A DNA stretch of 64,000 nucleotides from Polyangia bacterium (GTDB lineage Bacteria; Myxococcota_A; Polyangia; Nannocystales; Nannocystaceae), in contig JAUIKS010000004.1 in assembly GCA_030430565.1 (NCBI GenBank), positions 333,992-397,991 on the forward strand, read 5' to 3'. Numbering within the stretch: the first letter of the stretch is position 1; each line of letters starts with the position of its first letter. The notes under the pieces are model-generated. The model was given only the letters and a program-made list of their open reading frames with translations, ran no database searches and was not told the DNA's origin. This document shows positions 37,515 to 46,116 of the stretch, piece after piece. The translations under genes and the position numbers were made by a program.

Positions 37515-39884
37515 TTACACGGGAGGGCCCTTGGGGGGCTTGCTCGGGGTCGTCGGAACCATGTCTGGACCCGGCCACAGGAAGATCGGTGAGGACCAGG
37601 CGCGCTCCTCGTTCTCGCTGAGGCACTCGTCGGCCGGGTCGGTGCGAAAGTCGCCGTGGCACGGGTGGGCGCGGACGCACTGGCCGTCTTCATCACGCTC
37701 GCAGCGCACGCCGCCGGCGTTGATCGCCGGGGTCGGCTCCTGGATCGCGCGAGCGTAGTAGATCGTGTAGCGACGGCGATTTTGGAAGCTCGGGTCGCTG
37801 AACTCGACGCGGCAGCCGGCGGGGTCGGGCTCGCAGGGGAGGACCTTCCACGGATCGTCGATGAGCCGCTCGATCTTCTCTTCCTCGTTGATCTGCGGCT
37901 GGATGCGGATGATCTCGACGCGCGTGATCGCGCGGCGGGTGTCGCCGGGGTTGTAGCACTCGCCGCCGCACAGGCGCTGCAGTCGCGGCTCGCCGAGCGC
38001 GGCCGCGGCCTCGGGCGGACAGCCGGGCTCCTGCGCGAACGCGCCGGCGGCCCGGACGACGAAGCGCGGGGCCACCTCCATGGTCAGCTCGGATCCCATC
38101 GGCGCCACGCCGTCCCCCTCGGGCGCGTTGACGAGGTCGAACCACAGCAGGATCCGCTCGCCGGAGGTGCCGTAGACCTCGCGTCGCTGGAGCGCGTCCC
38201 AGATGGCCGAACGGTCACGTCCTTCGGCGTGCGCGGCGACGAGCCCGCCGGTCATGAAGAACGAGGCCTGGCGCTCGAAGTTGGCGACCATCAGCGGCGG
38301 CAGCTGCGAGAGCCGACGCTCGTTCATCCGCCGCGAGCCGGCGCGCACCGGCGGCAGCATCGCGCGCGCTTGCCCGCGGATCCGGGCCTCGTCGGCGGGG
38401 TCGTCGAAGCCGCGCGCCTCGGTCGCGCTCCGCCGCCCGAGCTCTTTGTAGCCGGTCCCGGGGCGCGCGGTGTGGTTGTCGCTGGAGGCGATGAAGCCCA
38501 TGGGCGCGTAGTGGGGGCCGGGCGCCTCGTCGACCGCCTCGACGTCCTCGTCGTCTTCTTCGTCGTGCTCGCCGGGGCCGAAGTAGCCCTTGGCGAGGAT
38601 GTACTGCGCGGACCCACCTGGCCGGTAGGCCATGCTGGGGTTGAAGCAGTCGGGGCACGAGTCGCAGTCGCCCCAGTCCTCGAGCGTGGCGTCGGGGATC
38701 GTGAGGTAGCCGGAGAGCCCGGCGAGGCGGTAGGCCTCGCGGGCCTCCTGCACGCGGTGCTCGCACAGCGCGTCCTCGAGGTCTCCGCAGCGCGAGCGCA
38801 CGATCTCGCCGGCGCGCCAGCAGCAGGCTTCGAAGCCCTGGCGGGGCTTCGGGCAGCGCGGCTCGCGACGGTCGCGCTCGTACAGCGCGCGAAACGGCCG
38901 GTGCTCCTCGGAGTTGCCGTGACCGGAGTAGACCTCGATCAGCCGCTGGCGCGCGGGGTCGTGCTGCGAGGGCGCGAGCTGCTTGTCGTAGGCGTAGCCA
39001 GCGGGCGTGTAGAGGCCCCAGGTGGTGCCGTGCGGGATGACCAGGGACTCGCCGCCCCACCGCGCGAGCTTGGCGAACAGCTCGCGCGGGGTCTCGGCGA
39101 TCTCGCGGCAGTCGGCGGGCAGCTCGCGGGTGTCCACGCCTTTGGGACAGATCGGGACCGCCGCGATCTCGCGCATCATCGCCGCGTAGTCGAGGTAGAC
39201 CCCGCGATCGGAGAACTCGCGGATCGGGGTCATGAGCGCGCTGCGGAGCCCGACGGCGCGGCGGCGCATGGCCGAGGCGACGCCGGGCGCGGCGATCGGG
39301 CGGGCCGGCAGCGAGGCCTCGTCGAGGTCGCGCAGGATCACGTTCTTGTGCCCGTAGTGCTCGGCGGGCGTGCGTCCGACCTGCGTCCACTCCCAGCCGG
39401 CGAAGGCCACGAGGTCGGGGTTGCTCGGGTCACCGGCGACCTCGCCGCACTGGCGCAGCGTGTCGAGGGTCTCGCGCCAGTGCTGGGGCGTGAGGCCCTC
39501 GGCGTGGTCGTTGAGGCTGAAGAAGTCGAGGCTGGAGCAGTGCCGCGCGTAGTCACAGGCGTCGGCGGGCGGGTGCGCGCCCTCGCCCCCGACCAGCGGC
39601 AGGCCCATCATGAAGGCGTCGACCGAGAAGGTCGTGTGCACGTGCAGGTCGCCGAACAGGATCTGCTTGCCGGCCGCGCGCGCGCGCTCCTCCGGAGGGT
39701 GCTCGGCGATCACGGCCTGCTGTCGCGCGGCGCGGGCGGCCACGATCTCGTCGGAGAGCCGGGTGGTGGCGATGGTCCCGGGGCCGCTGTGGCCTCCGCC
39801 GCCGTAGATCACGAGGCAGGAGAGCAGCGAGGCGCCGAGCAGCCCAAGCGCGACGAGCAGCCGTGGACGGGCGCGCAGCTTCAC
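37515..39884 (-). CDS. DUF3604 domain protein (putative metal-dependent hydrolase), secreted
   Basis: Signal/lipobox LLSC. GDLHVHTTFSVDAF matches the DUF3604 signature. Cys-rich, 789 aa. Confidence 0.6.
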   Translation of the reverse strand: MKLRARPRLLVALGLLGASLLSCLVIYGGGGHSGPGTIATTRLSDEIVAARAARQQAVIAEHPPEERARAAGKQILFGDLHVHTTFSVDAFMMGLPLVGGEGAHPPADACDYARHCSSLDFFSLNDHAEGLTPQHWRETLDTLRQCGEVAGDPSNPDLVAFAGWEWTQVGRTPAEHYGHKNVILRDLDEASLPARPIAAPGVASAMRRRAVGLRSALMTPIREFSDRGVYLDYAAMMREIAAVPICPKGVDTRELPADCREIAETPRELFAKLARWGGESLVIPHGTTWGLYTPAGYAYDKQLAPSQHDPARQRLIEVYSGHGNSEEHRPFRALYERDRREPRCPKPRQGFEACCWRAGEIVRSRCGDLEDALCEHRVQEAREAYRLAGLSGYLTIPDATLEDWGDCDSCPDCFNPSMAYRPGGSAQYILAKGYFGPGEHDEEDDEDVEAVDEAPGPHYAPMGFIASSDNHTARPGTGYKELGRRSATEARGFDDPADEARIRGQARAMLPPVRAGSRRMNERRLSQLPPLMVANFERQASFFMTGGLVAAHAEGRDRSAIWDALQRREVYGTSGERILLWFDLVNAPEGDGVAPMGSELTMEVAPRFVVRAAGAFAQEPGCPPEAAAALGEPRLQRLCGGECYNPGDTRRAITRVEIIRIQPQINEEEKIERLIDDPWKVLPCEPDPAGCRVEFSDPSFQNRRRYTIYYARAIQEPTPAINAGGVRCERDEDGQCVRAHPCHGDFRTDPADECLSENEERAWSSPIFLWPGPDMVPTTPSKPPKGPPV

Positions 39885-39940
39885 CGCGGCACGATAGCGC
39901 GGCGAGCGGGTCGTGCCTATCCCGTGTATGTACAGCGCGG

Positions 39941-40888
39941 ACGATGGCGAGGCCCCAGGCAGCTGGCGACGCGACGGTCGACACGAGGGAGCGAGGCGGA
40001 ACGCTCGGCTTCGCGGCGCTGGTGCTCGGCGTGATCGTCGGGGCCGGGCTCGCCGGCGTCGCGGTGCAGTCGCCGATGCGCGCGACCAAGGCGGCCGCGA
40101 GCGCGCGGGCCAGCGAGGGCGACGGGGCGGTCGCGATCGTCAACGGCGCCCCGGTCACGGTGGCGCGGTATCAGCGGGCGCTCGCGGCCGTCACGAGCGA
40201 GCGGCGCGCGGAGCTCGACGCGCAGGCCCTCGCGCGGCTGCGCGAGCGAGTGCTCGAGCGCGTGATCGACGAGGAGCTGCTGGTCCAGCGCGGGCTCGAG
40301 CTGGGGCTGGCGCGCGAGGATCCACAGGTCCGCGCGGACTTGGTGGCGGCGGTGATCGACGCCGCGATCGCGCCCGGGCCGGACGCGATGGACGACGCGG
40401 GCGTCGCCGAAGAAGCGGCGCTGCGCGAGCACCTGGCCAGGCACCCCGAGCGCTTTCGCGGGCCGTCGCGCGTGACCGTCGAGCACCTGGCGTTTCGCGG
40501 CGCGGGCTCGTTATCGCGGGCGCGCGAGGTCCGGGCCGCGCTGGTGGGGGGCGCGAGTTTTGACTCGCAGCGCCCGCGCGCCGACCCGGCGATCCTCGAG
40601 CTGCCGGCGGGGCCCGTGAGCGCGGTCAAGCTGCGCGACTACCTCGGCGCAACGCTGGCGACGGCGTGCGCGGAGCTCGAGGAGGGGGTGATCAGCGAGC
40701 CGCTGCGCGTCGGCGACGCGGTCCATCTGCTGCGGGTGCGCGCGCGGACAGTCGGCGCGACGCCGGCGCTGGCCCAGGCGCGTGAGCGCGTCGCGGCCGA
40801 TCTGGCGCGCGCGCGCGACGATCAGCGCCTGCGCGCCTACCTCGAGCAGCTGCGCGGGCAGGCGCGGATCGACAGGATGCCGCCGTGA
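39941..40888 (+). CDS. SurA-N-terminal-domain-like periplasmic chaperone, hypothetical
   Basis: TM/signal, then AIVNGAPVTVARYQRA...VIDEELLVQRGLELGL, resembling the SurA/PpiD N-domain. The start could be 39863. Confidence 0.45.
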   Translation, partial: TMARPQAAGDATVDTRERGGTLGFAALVLGVIVGAGLAGVAVQSPMRATKAAASARASEGDGAVAIVNGAPVTVARYQRALAAVTSERRAELDAQALARLRERVLERVIDEELLVQRGLELGLAREDPQVRADLVAAVIDAAIAPGPDAMDDAGVAEEAALREHLARHPERFRGPSRVTVEHLAFRGAGSLSRAREVRAALVGGASFDSQRPRADPAILELPAGPVSAVKLRDYLGATLATACAELEEGVISEPLRVGDAVHLLRVRARTVGATPALAQARERVAADLARARDDQRLRAYLEQLRGQARIDRMPP

Positions 40889-42219
40889 GTCGGGCGCGCG
40901 CGCGAGGCCGGTCGCGGGCCGCTGTGTGGTTGACGCTGGGCGTCTGCTTGTACCTGTCCCTCGCGTCAGGAGTCGCGCGGGCCCACGGGCGCAGCGTGTC
41001 GTACTCGCGCTGGCGGGTCGAGCCGGCGACCCTCGAGTACGCGGCGACGCTGGTCGTGCCGGCGCGCGACCTGACGGCGATCCCGGCGCTGGAGGGGGCG
41101 CCCGGGCTCGCGCGGGGGGTCGTCGACCCGGGCGTGCGCGCCCATCTCTTGGGCCAGATCGGTCTGCACGCCGCGACTGGCCGCTGCGACGCGCTGCCGG
41201 GCAGCGTGACGGCGCGGGCCCGCGCGGGGCGGGTCGAGCTCGCGTGGCGCGGGCGCTGTCCCGATGGACAGGCGTGGACGCTGCGCTCGCGGCTGCTGGT
41301 CGACGCGCTCCCGGGGCACGTCCACTTCGCGCGGGTGACCGTGCTCGAGGGCGGGTCGTCGCGCGCCCTCGAGCGCGTGCTCTCGGACAGCGCGCGCAGC
41401 TGGAGCCTCCCAGCGTCGGGCGCGGGCGTCGACGCGACCGCGGATGCCGACGCCCGCGGGTGGGCGCGGACGCTGGCGCGCGCGCTTCGACTGGGCGTCG
41501 AGCACATCCTCAGCGGGCTCGACCACCTGCTGTTCGTGCTCGGCTTAGTGCTCGCCGCCCGCGGCGGCCGTCGCCCCGCGCGCGAGCTGCTGCGCGTGGT
41601 CACGGGCTTCACCGCGGGGCACAGCGTGACGCTCGGCCTCGCCACGCTCGGGCTCGTGGTCGCGGATCCGGTGGTCGTCGAGGTCCTGATCGCGGCCTCG
41701 ATCACGCTGCTGGCGATCGAGAGCGGCTGGCTGCACGCGCGCGCGTCGAGCGTTCGCTACCTCGCGCTGCTCGCCGCGGTGACGCTGACGGGCGCGGCCG
41801 CGACCTGGGCCTGGGCGCGCCCGTCAGCGTCACCGCGCGCGCTGGCGCTGGGTCTGCTCGGCCTGGGCCTCGTCGCCGGCTGTCAGCTCGGCCTGTCCCT
41901 TCGCGCTTCTCGCGGCGGCCCCGGGCGTTCGGGGCGCTGGGCGCTCGCGGCGGTCTTCGGGCTGATCCACGGCTTCGGCTTCGCCGGGGCGCTGCGCGAG
42001 CTCGAACTCCCGCGCGCCGAGCTGCTGCCGATGCTGCTCGGCTTCAACCTCGGGGTCGAGCTCGGGCAATTGCTGTTCGTCGTGATCTTCGTCGTGATCT
42101 TCGCGGGCCTGCTCGCCGCGCTGGCGCGGGTCGGCGCGGGCCGCTGGCTGCCGCCGCTGGTCAACGCCGCGCTGGCGGGCGCGGGGGCCTACTGGGCGGT
42201 GCTGCGCGCGTTCGGCTGA
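40885..42219 (+). CDS. HupE/UreJ-family membrane protein with an N-terminal periplasmic domain
   Basis: GTG start overlapping the upstream stop (GTGA). Two HupE-like halves carry conserved His: GVEHILSGLDHLLFVLGL and HGFGFAGAL...ELGQ. Confidence 0.6.
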   Translation: MSRARARGRSRAAVWLTLGVCLYLSLASGVARAHGRSVSYSRWRVEPATLEYAATLVVPARDLTAIPALEGAPGLARGVVDPGVRAHLLGQIGLHAATGRCDALPGSVTARARAGRVELAWRGRCPDGQAWTLRSRLLVDALPGHVHFARVTVLEGGSSRALERVLSDSARSWSLPASGAGVDATADADARGWARTLARALRLGVEHILSGLDHLLFVLGLVLAARGGRRPARELLRVVTGFTAGHSVTLGLATLGLVVADPVVVEVLIAASITLLAIESGWLHARASSVRYLALLAAVTLTGAAATWAWARPSASPRALALGLLGLGLVAGCQLGLSLRASRGGPGRSGRWALAAVFGLIHGFGFAGALRELELPRAELLPMLLGFNLGVELGQLLFVVIFVVIFAGLLAALARVGAGRWLPPLVNAALAGAGAYWAVLRAFG

Positions 42220-42229
42220 GGCCGCGCGC

Positions 42230-43285
42230 TCACCACGAGTCGGCGGACGAGTCGTACTCGAGGCCCGCGCTGGTGAAGAGGATCCCGTTGAGGTCGGTGT
42301 TGAGCACGCGCAGCGCTTGAGCCCGGCGCGTGGCCTGGGCCTCGTCGCCGACGTAGGCGTCTTTTTGGCCCATGCCGACCATGACGCCTTGGTGGTGACC
42401 CGAGCGGGCCTGGGCCTCGTCGCCGACGTAGGCGTCTTTTTGGCCCATGCCGACCAAGACGCTCTGGATGCGCGGACGCCTGGCGAGGCTGTGGTTCGCG
42501 TCGTCCCCGAGATCGCGGCCGGTCAGCTTTTGCACGCTGAAGCTGGTGACGGCGCGCTGCTCAAACACCGCGCCCTTGGCCGCCGCGAGCTCCTCGGCGG
42601 TGGTCCCGTAGACGCGGGTCGCCTCGGGCTTCGACGCCAGCAGCAGCGCGCGCGCGACCGTCACCTGCGGGCCGTCGACCCGCGTGAGCCCGACCGCGAC
42701 GCGGCCGTCGGCGAGCGTCGCCCGGGCGCCCGCGTAGAAGGTCTTCACGCCGTTGGTGACGTCGGTGAAGTGAATCGCCTCGAGGCCGGCGTCGGAGGTC
42801 TTCTGCCTGAACATGACCGCGCCGCTCGGGGCGCCCAGCTCGGTGACGTAGACGCCGCCCACGGTCGCGTCCGGGGTCAGGCCCTTCGCCATCGCGCAGC
42901 GCGTGGCGAACGCCGGGTGCGTGGCGGCCTGCGCGGGGGCGATGATGGTGGGGTCCACGCTCGCGGCGAGGCCCTTCGGGGTGGCGACCGTGCCGACGAC
43001 GACGGCGCCGCCGGGCGTGTCGCCGACGGTCAGCGCGAGCGCGGCGCTCGAGCGCCGGCCGTCGGGGCTGACGTGCCCGATCGTGCCGACGAGCAGGTGG
43101 CTGCGCGAGCCCTGCACGCGCGCGGGTCGAACCGCGACCGCGGCCGCGCCGACGGTGACCTGCGGCGCGCCGCGCGTGAGCTCGACGCGCGCCGCCGGCG
43201 TGTTGTGCCGGGACGCGTGGGCCGTGACGGGCAGGGCGGCGAGCAGGAGGGAGAGCGGGATGGCGTGTAGCGATACGGCGCGCAT
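42230..43285 (-). CDS. Secreted protein carrying a duplicated eukaryotic-actin subdomain-2 / D-loop peptide at the C-terminus
   Basis: Signal peptide [24 protein letters not shown]. The C-terminus reads [59 protein letters not shown]. Recalled actin residues about 20-60 read [38 protein letters not shown]. A 25-codon direct DNA repeat is visible at 42332-42380 and 42407-42455. Confidence 0.6.
   Translation of the reverse strand: [351 protein letters not shown]
42332..42455. repeat. 75-bp-offset direct repeat (two copies of about 49 bp) encoding the duplicated actin D-loop-like peptide
   Basis: gcctgggcctcgtcgccgacgtaggcgtctttttggcccatgccgacca occurs twice. Confidence 0.85.
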
Positions 43286-43351
43286 CGGTGCGCCGATGAT
43301 ACGCGGCGCGGGCGAGGGCGGGGGTGCGCTTTACATGTCCAACGGGTCAGG

Positions 43352-45382
43352 TCAGAAGAACACGTTGCTCTCGGGACAGGGCGGCTCGCGGCCCTGCGCG
43401 ATCAGCTGCTCGTTGAGCTCGACGCGGACGCGCTCCGAGAGCGCGCTGCAGCAGGCGTAGATGCCCGAGCGGACGATGACGTCGTTGAGCAGCGGGCGCG
43501 GGAGCCCGTGGCAGCAGCGCGCGCGCGGCTGCGCGCCCTCCTCGTCGTCCTCGAGCGCGCAGCTCGGCATGCTGAGGCAGCGGCCGTCGTCGGGGTTGAG
43601 GCAGCGCACCGAGATCCCGGGGTTCGTCTGGCGGTAGTCGAGCACGATGTCGGTGTCGTCGATCAGCGCCGCGCCCAGCAGGCCGTCGGGCTGCAGCGCG
43701 TCGGGGCTGGTGTCGCGGCGCAGGTTGGCGACCAGCGGGTGGATCGCGGGCAGCACCAGCGCGGGCAGCCAGCGCGCGGGGTCAGGGGCCAGCGCGCGGT
43801 CTGGGAGGTAGACCTCGCCGAGCAGCGCGGCGGTCTCGCTCGCCGCGGCCGCGCAGTCGCTGTCGGCGTTGAGCGGGCCGGGGCTGGGCGGGTTGGCGTT
43901 GAGGCTGTTGCCGCACTGCACGCGCAGCGCGTAGGTCCGCTGCTCGAGGCGCGTGCACGGCCCGTCGCCGCCGGAGTTGAGCAGGCCGGGGAGCAGCGCG
44001 AGGCTGCGCAGGCGCAGCTGCAGCAGCGGCGCGTCGACGCCGGCCGCCGGCCAGCCCGGGACGTAGAGCTCGCCCGCTCGCCCCTCGACGCAGGCCGGGG
44101 CGCCGCGCGAGACCTCCGGGTCGTCTGGCTCAAAGGATATGCCCGAGAGGTCATCACAATCCGGGAGCTGATCGAGCGGGCCGAGCATGCGCTGGGCGCT
44201 GTCGTCGAAGAGCACCATGTCGGGGACGCCGGTGGCGACGACGAAGGTCCCGGGGACGCCCGAGATGTTGTCTTCGGCGTGCGAGCCGCCGCGCCCGACG
44301 CAGCCGTCGCTCGCGACCGCGGGCTCGCCGTCGCTGTACTCACCGGTGGGCGAGACGTAGGCGGCCTCGTTGAACTCCACGCCGGGCGCGAGCTTGCACG
44401 AGCTGGTCTGGCGGTCGTAGAGGACCGCGCCGGGGGGCGGCGCGACGCAGGCGTCGAGCACGAGGCGCGTCGCCTGCAGGGCGCTCTGCGAGCGGTTGTT
44501 GTCGAAGTCGAAGGGGCCGTTAAAGTCGCAGTTCTGATCGCCGACCTGGCAGACGTCCGTGACCTCTTTGCCGAGCAGGCGCCCGGGGAACTGCACCGAG
44601 AGGAACGCGCGCCCTTGGTCCGCGAGCAGCCCCGAGGTGCTGACGTAGTTGCGGTAGAGCGTGAGCGTGAACCGCTCGACCAGATCGGTGCCGGGGCGTC
44701 GCTCGTGATAAAAACGCACGCCGAAGTTGCGCAGCAGGTTGCCGCCGATCACCGCGCCGACGTGGCTCGAGGCGTCCTGGTTGCCGATCCGCCAGTCCCA
44801 GCCGAGGCCGCTGGCCGCCGGGTCGCGGGGCGCGAACACGGTGGCGAACTCGTCGAAGCGGAAGCGCGTGACCGAGAGCCCGCGGATGCTGTCGCTGAGA
44901 TCGCTGGACCAGAGGTCGTTGGCCGATCGAACCTCGAGACAGGTCAGATCGACCTCGCTCTGGTCGACCGCGCTCGCCTGCGTCGTCATCGAGCTCAGCG
45001 AGTCGATCAGCACCGGCGCGCAGGCGTTGTCGGGGCAGCTCGCCGGGGGGCCGGTGCAGACATCGGGGCAGCCGCCGGCCGGGCCGGGGCAGGCCCCTGA
45101 GAGCATCGCCAGCCGCGGCACCGTCAGCGCGTCGCCGCTGCCGAGGTTGATCGGCTTGCCGAACTCGCCCTCGGCCTCGACGGTCTCGTAGGAGCAGCCG
45201 GCGAGCAGCGCGGCGAGCACGAGCGCGACGCTGGTTCCGCTCGCGGTCGTCGTGGGGCGGGGCACGGCGGGATTGTAGCGCGCGCCGAGGGGCGCTCCGA
45301 GCACAACGGGCGCCCGGACCTGCTGGTCGGGCGCCCGCGGGCGCTGGTGCGCGGATGACTTTAAGCGCAGCAGCGTCGACAA
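43352..45382 (-). CDS. Large Cys-rich secreted lipoprotein, hypothetical
   Basis: Lipobox LLAGCS, more than 25 Cys, no recognisable catalytic motif, ends in FF. Immediately upstream of, and co-directional with, the actin-fragment gene. Confidence 0.45.
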   Translation of the reverse strand: MSTLLRLKSSAHQRPRAPDQQVRAPVVLGAPLGARYNPAVPRPTTTASGTSVALVLAALLAGCSYETVEAEGEFGKPINLGSGDALTVPRLAMLSGACPGPAGGCPDVCTGPPASCPDNACAPVLIDSLSSMTTQASAVDQSEVDLTCLEVRSANDLWSSDLSDSIRGLSVTRFRFDEFATVFAPRDPAASGLGWDWRIGNQDASSHVGAVIGGNLLRNFGVRFYHERRPGTDLVERFTLTLYRNYVSTSGLLADQGRAFLSVQFPGRLLGKEVTDVCQVGDQNCDFNGPFDFDNNRSQSALQATRLVLDACVAPPPGAVLYDRQTSSCKLAPGVEFNEAAYVSPTGEYSDGEPAVASDGCVGRGGSHAEDNISGVPGTFVVATGVPDMVLFDDSAQRMLGPLDQLPDCDDLSGISFEPDDPEVSRGAPACVEGRAGELYVPGWPAAGVDAPLLQLRLRSLALLPGLLNSGGDGPCTRLEQRTYALRVQCGNSLNANPPSPGPLNADSDCAAAASETAALLGEVYLPDRALAPDPARWLPALVLPAIHPLVANLRRDTSPDALQPDGLLGAALIDDTDIVLDYRQTNPGISVRCLNPDDGRCLSMPSCALEDDEEGAQPRARCCHGLPRPLLNDVIVRSGIYACCSALSERVRVELNEQLIAQGREPPCPESNVFF

Positions 45383-45407
45383 CCGAGTCGAGTCTAGTTT
45401 AGGCGGC

Positions 45408-46031
45408 TCACTTGCCCTTCGCCTTGAGCTCGTCGAGCTTGCGCTGCAGCTTGCTGACGAGCAGCTCGATGCCGCCTTCTTGATGCAGCTGCTTGAACTC
45501 GTGCTTGTAGGTGCGGCCGAGCGAGACGCCGTCGGTCGAGAGATCGATGGCCATCCACACGCCCTCCGGGGTCTTCGCCATCTTGTAGATGACCTCGACG
45601 CTCTCCGGGCGGCCGTTGTTCTCGTACTTCACCCGCGTGATGACCTTGGTGTAGCTCTCCTTGGCCTCCTCGCCGACGTACTCGACCTCGTAGTTGGTGT
45701 TGGTGCGGATCCGGTCGAGGTAGTTGCGGCGAATAAGCTCGGTCAGCAGCGTCTCGAATTCGTCGCACTTGGGCGCGCAGCGCTCTTGGTAGTGCGTCGC
45801 GCCGCCGAGCGACTTCTCGGCCAGGACCTTGTAGTTGAGCAGCTTGTCGACCTCGCCTTGCAGCTTGGCGTCGTCCGCCTTGTGCTTGACGAGGTCGACC
45901 ACGGCGGTGTGCCGGGCCTTGAAGGTCTCGAGCGCGGTGCCCGAGTCAGCCGCGGACGCCGGGGCGGCGAAGGGGAGCGAGAGCGCGGCGAAGGCGGCGA
46001 TCGAGACGAGGAGCTTGCGGGCGTTAAACAT
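45408..46031 (-). CDS. mlaC: MlaC/Ttg2D-family periplasmic phospholipid-binding protein
   Basis: Signal peptide. Reads ERCAPKCDEFETLLTELIRRNYLDRI...YEVEYVGEE, like the toluene-tolerance Ttg2D/MlaC family. Confidence 0.6.
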   Translation of the reverse strand: MFNARKLLVSIAAFAALSLPFAAPASAADSGTALETFKARHTAVVDLVKHKADDAKLQGEVDKLLNYKVLAEKSLGGATHYQERCAPKCDEFETLLTELIRRNYLDRIRTNTNYEVEYVGEEAKESYTKVITRVKYENNGRPESVEVIYKMAKTPEGVWMAIDLSTDGVSLGRTYKHEFKQLHQEGGIELLVSKLQRKLDELKAKGK

Positions 46032-46116
46032 GGTTGCCTCTGTGACCATCTCAGACGTCGGGAGGTCCTTGATATTCTACGGCGCGGTTTTGGCGCTTTC
46101 GCGCCTCGCGGTCGAT

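Noticed and set aside
42317-43270. Plus-strand 317-aa ORF opposite the actin-fragment gene
   Set aside because: R/G/D-rich shadow ORF. The minus-strand frame has a signal peptide and the actin-like match.
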